A DNA stretch of 64,000 nt, taken from NCBI GenBank assembly GCA_032718475.1, contig JAUCBJ010007430.1, forward strand, positions 61,880 to 125,879, read 5' to 3'. Source of the stretch: Nemertoderma westbladi. Lineage: Eukaryota; Animalia; Xenacoelomorpha. Within the stretch, counting starts at the first letter, position 1, and each line of letters begins with the position of its first letter. Shown piece after piece: positions 59,950 to 64,000 of the stretch. A model generated the notes under the pieces. The model was not told the origin of the DNA and made no database searches. It worked only from the letters and a program-made list of their open reading frames with translations. The translations under genes were made by a program, and so were the position numbers.

Positions 59950-62175
59950 GTTTAGCTATACAGTTGAATGCTTACTGCTATAGTTACAGTTAAAGCAAGT
60001 CTAGTAATTCAGTATGACCGTTGGCTTAGTACCGGTAATTTATTGCAGTATATTAGAATACCGGTATGCACTTATAATTTATATATAAGTATTGTAAACT
60101 AGGTTTGTCACAGAGTACCGGTATATAAATTTAGCACAAATATATATAAATATATAATAGGCCTATCGTGAATACCGGTATACAGCTTACACTTATAGTA
60201 TATATAAGTATAATTATGAACTAGAATTAATTACAGAATACCGGTATGATTTTAGCTCAAATTTATAGAAATAAATATAATAAGCCTATGGTAAATACCG
60301 GTATGTCAATTATTTTAGAATAATTGAATTTCTGAATATTTTAGGGTTACTTGGTTACTTTAACTTACTTTATTACCGTTATTTAAGCAGTAGTCCAACT
60401 GATATTGAGACCTAGTTGTTGTATGGCAGGCCTACTATTTATAAATCGTTTGAGTTGATTTATAATAGATATATACCCGTTTAAAAGGGGTTTTGTCAAT
60501 ATTTGAAATAAATGTTATTATTTCTGGGGGAGTCACTTACACAGAAGCTGTGCGCTCTCAGTGAAGTGCTACCTATGGGACACTAAAACAGATAATTCTA
60601 ATTTACCTAAGTTACTTAATACTACAAATTGCTTACGATACGGGTGAGATTAAATCTCTAATTAAACACAACAAAATATTACGTACGAATTTTTAGGGTA
60701 ATTTTACAGGAAGTCTACAAACCAGTCTAACAAAGGGTTAGAATTCGGTTTATTACAACGGACAGGGTACTACGGTATTTGAAAATAATAAGTAGTAGTA
60801 AATATATTGCACTGTCCAGATAGGAAAATACCACCGCCTGACGACCTATAGCCGTATCGCTATAGGTACTACGTTATGTATCACGGAGTGTTCCTACCTA
60901 GAAGTTAATTACCGCGGACTACCAGATCCAGCGTGCCTATTAACCACTTTACAACACAAATATACTGCCTACACACTAATTACCTTCGGAAAGCACTGTA
61001 CACTAAACCCTAAATTAGGTACAAGTACTGGTACAACAAATAATCAGTAGTTAAATATACTTGAACAGTTAAAAGAACCACGGCATCTGCTGGAGTGACC
61101 GAAGCACAAAGTCACCAGTCTTTTCCTACGCCAAGCAGCCCGTGTAGTACCGGGGTTAATTTAACTATAACGGTATGTGTAACAAACACAATTACTGTAG
61201 GAATAAACTTGGGGACATGAATGTTGCGAATAATCGCATAAACTCTGAATAATAAATATTACGCTACCCGTACAGAATACTCAAACAAAATACAAACCAA
61301 ACGCTGGCAGACTACCACCAAGCCTAAATAGACTACAGTATGTGCAGATTCCAAAATGGTTAGTTAGTATGCGTTCTAACACGGTAGTACGACTTATTCT
61401 TTAAGAGGGGATTGACCTTACAGCACTGGCTGCCCCAACTTACTAACTGGCACTTTATCAGACAAACTCTACACACGCAGCAATCTCTTCAGACCTAATA
61501 ATAGCTAGACAACAATCCAGCCTACAAAATATCTGAGTAATAACTATTACGGTACCTGAACAGACTACACAAACAAACACAGGCCAAAACGTTGGCAGAA
61601 TACTGTCAAGCCTAAATAAACTACAGTATGTGCAGATTCCAAAATGGTTAGTTAGTATGCGTTCTAACACGGTAGTACGACTTATTCTTTAAGAGGGGAT
61701 TGACCTTACAGCTATGGCTGCCCCAACTTACTAACTGGCACTCTATCGGACAAACTCTACACACGCAGTAATCTCTCCAAACCCAACAACAATCCGACAA
61801 CAGTCCGGCCTACAATTATCTGAACAATCTGAGCAGACTTACACGTCTTCAGCTCAATATTAACTTACATGTAAATAAAACTGACAGAAATAAGTAAGCT
61901 CCAAAAGAAACAAGGGGTGTACAGTCCCTAATCTCTTAAACAGCCTACCGGTATGCAATAATCAAAATCGAATAATACTAATGTACTTATACTGGAAGTA
62001 CCGGTTAGGACAGTTGGGCCTACGGACCTACAGAAGTACCGGTTCTGGCAGTTGGACCTACGGACCTACAGCAGTACCGGTTCTGGCAGTTGGGCCTACT
62101 GACCTACAGAAGTACCGGTTCAGGTTTACCGGTCGACCGGTACTTTCAACTTTATTGCTTACTGCAATAAAGTCA

Positions 62176-62186
62176 ATAACTGTTAT
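62176..62186 (-). promoter_or_regulatory. Non-tRNA primer-binding site of B (ATAACAGTTAT), complementary to LTR site 62940-62950
   Basis: Abuts the LTR end; 11/11 complementarity to ATAACTGTTAT on the element sense strand. Confidence 0.72.
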
Positions 62187-63451
62187 TGTACGCGCTTTTG
62201 AAGACCTTTAGCAGTTTAACCTGCCAAAATTTATATGTCTTTTGGTTTATAAATATACTTTAGAAGTTGACAAATATTTAATACCAATAAACACAACATT
62301 AGCAGAAGCCAGCCTAGTGCGCGTCCATTCACCCGCTGGATATACCCGGGGGGCTGGATTCTGAGGGCTTAGATTATTATTGCAGTGTAAGCTTACTGTA
62401 TTATTCGATTGATCGTTAATAAATAATTTCTGACTAATATTATTCACTTTCTGGAAATATTAACAGTTCCTTTAGGACGTGGCGCTCTATCTAGGTAAAC
62501 AGAGATATGACTTATACTAATCACAACGGCAAGTCGGTAAGGCTTATGATTCACGTATGAGGCGCATTCTTTAGGAAATGCTTAGTTATCAGTCACAATC
62601 ATGCACACTACCGGTAACACACAATACTGCCCACTAATTTGCCGACCGTCAATGATTTTTATCATATATAAAGAGAACAGCAACGGACCAATGTAGTGCT
62701 TATCAAATAGCATTAAATTCACTACATACACAATAATATAAGTCGCAATCGCTATATATAACCCGTCTCTCTAACCTGTAGTGTATCAAGAAAATTGGGA
62801 AATTTGGGTTCTTTATAAATGTTCTCCAAATAATATTCAACCAACTAATACAAAATATGACAACAGTAAAACATTAAGACGGTAGGTTAAGATATGATAT
62901 GACAAGTAATGATAGTGATATATGACATAGACTGGACTGATAACAGTTATACGCTCTATAATCTTGAGCCTACTAATGTTTCTTCTAAAGTATGAAAACG
63001 AATTGATTCTAGAGCCGGTGTTCCTGGCCTAGATACCAACAACACAACAGTATCACAAAAAAACAGTAAGACTGAACACTCTTAGTATGATCGGCCGAAT
63101 ATCTCCACATCGACAGAAAAAATCGCTCTGATTGGCTTAAGCTAAACAAAGAACTACGTGTCCAATGGCTGTTCCCATGTCAGCAACCAGCTGTTAGATG
63201 TCGTAATCTGAATCATCAAGGCTAAGCTGTGTAAAGGTATTTGGTACATTGCAGGTTTTTGCCTTACCATGTCCGCCAAAACACGTATATAGCAGAATGA
63301 CTTTTATGTCCGTTAAAACACCTATAACGGTACCTTGCGGGCGAGGGGAATATATATATAGTTATAGAGCCTTTTAGAGTATTCCAGCGCCTAGGGGGGA
63401 AACTGGATTGCGAAGCAAAAGGGCCAGTTATATCCCACAGAAGCTTTTACA
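62187..63451 (-). repeat. 5' LTR of B (1265 bp)
   Basis: Homologous to 44582-45852; middle nearly identical, U3 end visibly diverged. Confidence 0.94.
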
Positions 63452-63990
63452 AACATTGCCGTACCATCTTTACTGTAATCAACTATTAGTCCCACTACAT
63501 GATAAATACGGACACAAGGAAATACTATACAAATTTGAAAAAGTACAAAATTACGCCCTACGAACTATCTTTGGGAAACGGATTAGGGACTCAACAGGAA
63601 CTGAACTACGAGAAAAAGCCAAAATACCAACCCTAAAAGCTGTAAGAGAATATTTCGGATTAATATATTTTTTTAAATACATAAACAACCTATCAGAACC
63701 ATTTAAAACATTAGACCATCCTTTTTTACCCAAAATAAACATTAGACTAAACAATCGAACAAAAAACATAATCATACCTAAAACTAGAAACAGATACGGA
63801 CATGAAAGTTTACTCGTGAATCTTATAAAATTATGGAATGCACTACCAATTAAAATAAAAAAAAATTACAAAACTAAAATATTTCAAAACAAAGTTAAAA
63901 AAACAGTTCCTATCGAAATATAGCCATGAGGATGCAACCTAGCGGATTTGCACCTGTGACTGCCGCCAATTAATATAACATTATTTATTA
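63452..63990 (+). mobile_element. 3' remnant of a non-LTR retrotransposon (CR1/L2-like RT C-terminus)
   Basis: KFEKVQNYALRTIFG...KIPTLKAVREY...YFFKYINN...IKLWNALP resembles the C-terminal extension of CR1/L2-group ORF2; short 3' UTR with an AT-rich tail. Confidence 0.65.
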
Positions 63991-64000
63991 TACTGTAGAT

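Larger units (their letters stand above)
44582..63451 (-). mobile_element. Bel/Pao LTR retrotransposon family B, ~18.9 kb, intact gag-pol plus ORF2
   Basis: LTRs at 62187-63451 and 44582-45852 with TGT...ACA termini. Flanks ATAAG and AACAT do not form a TSD. Confidence 0.95.

Noticed and set aside
63408-63451. N-terminus of the 171-aa ORF
   Set aside because: It is read from the B LTR; only the part after 63451 is LINE-derived.

Overview
Eukaryotic, repeat-dense window with no host gene. It is almost entirely nested Bel/Pao LTR retrotransposons from two families (A and B), plus a 27-bp satellite and a LINE 3' remnant. Left to right: an internally deleted A copy on the minus strand (1-5119); the satellite (5120-6217); a decayed full-length A copy (6218-23233) whose 3' LTR was hit by a minus-strand B element; an 8.7-kb tandem duplication of that junction; a young non-autonomous B-type element (31288-43928, 5-bp TSD TCAGT) inserted into the duplicated A LTR; a B element with an intact 2711-aa gag-pol (44582-63451); and a LINE remnant. 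Most notable: (1) B elements have no tRNA primer-binding site. The 11-12 nt right after the 5' LTR are instead complementary to a site inside their own LTR, with four compensatory substitutions between the two B variants, which suggests Tf1-like self-priming in a Bel/Pao lineage. (2) Both families carry a large second ORF after pol with a DnaQ-like (WRN/Mut-7/EXD-type) 3'-5' exonuclease motif set and CCHC knuckles. (3) The A LTR contains a tRNA-derived A-box/B-box module, starts TA instead of TG, and element A carries about 10 dispersed copies of one sense-strand hairpin. All calls come from reading motifs by eye; no searches were run.
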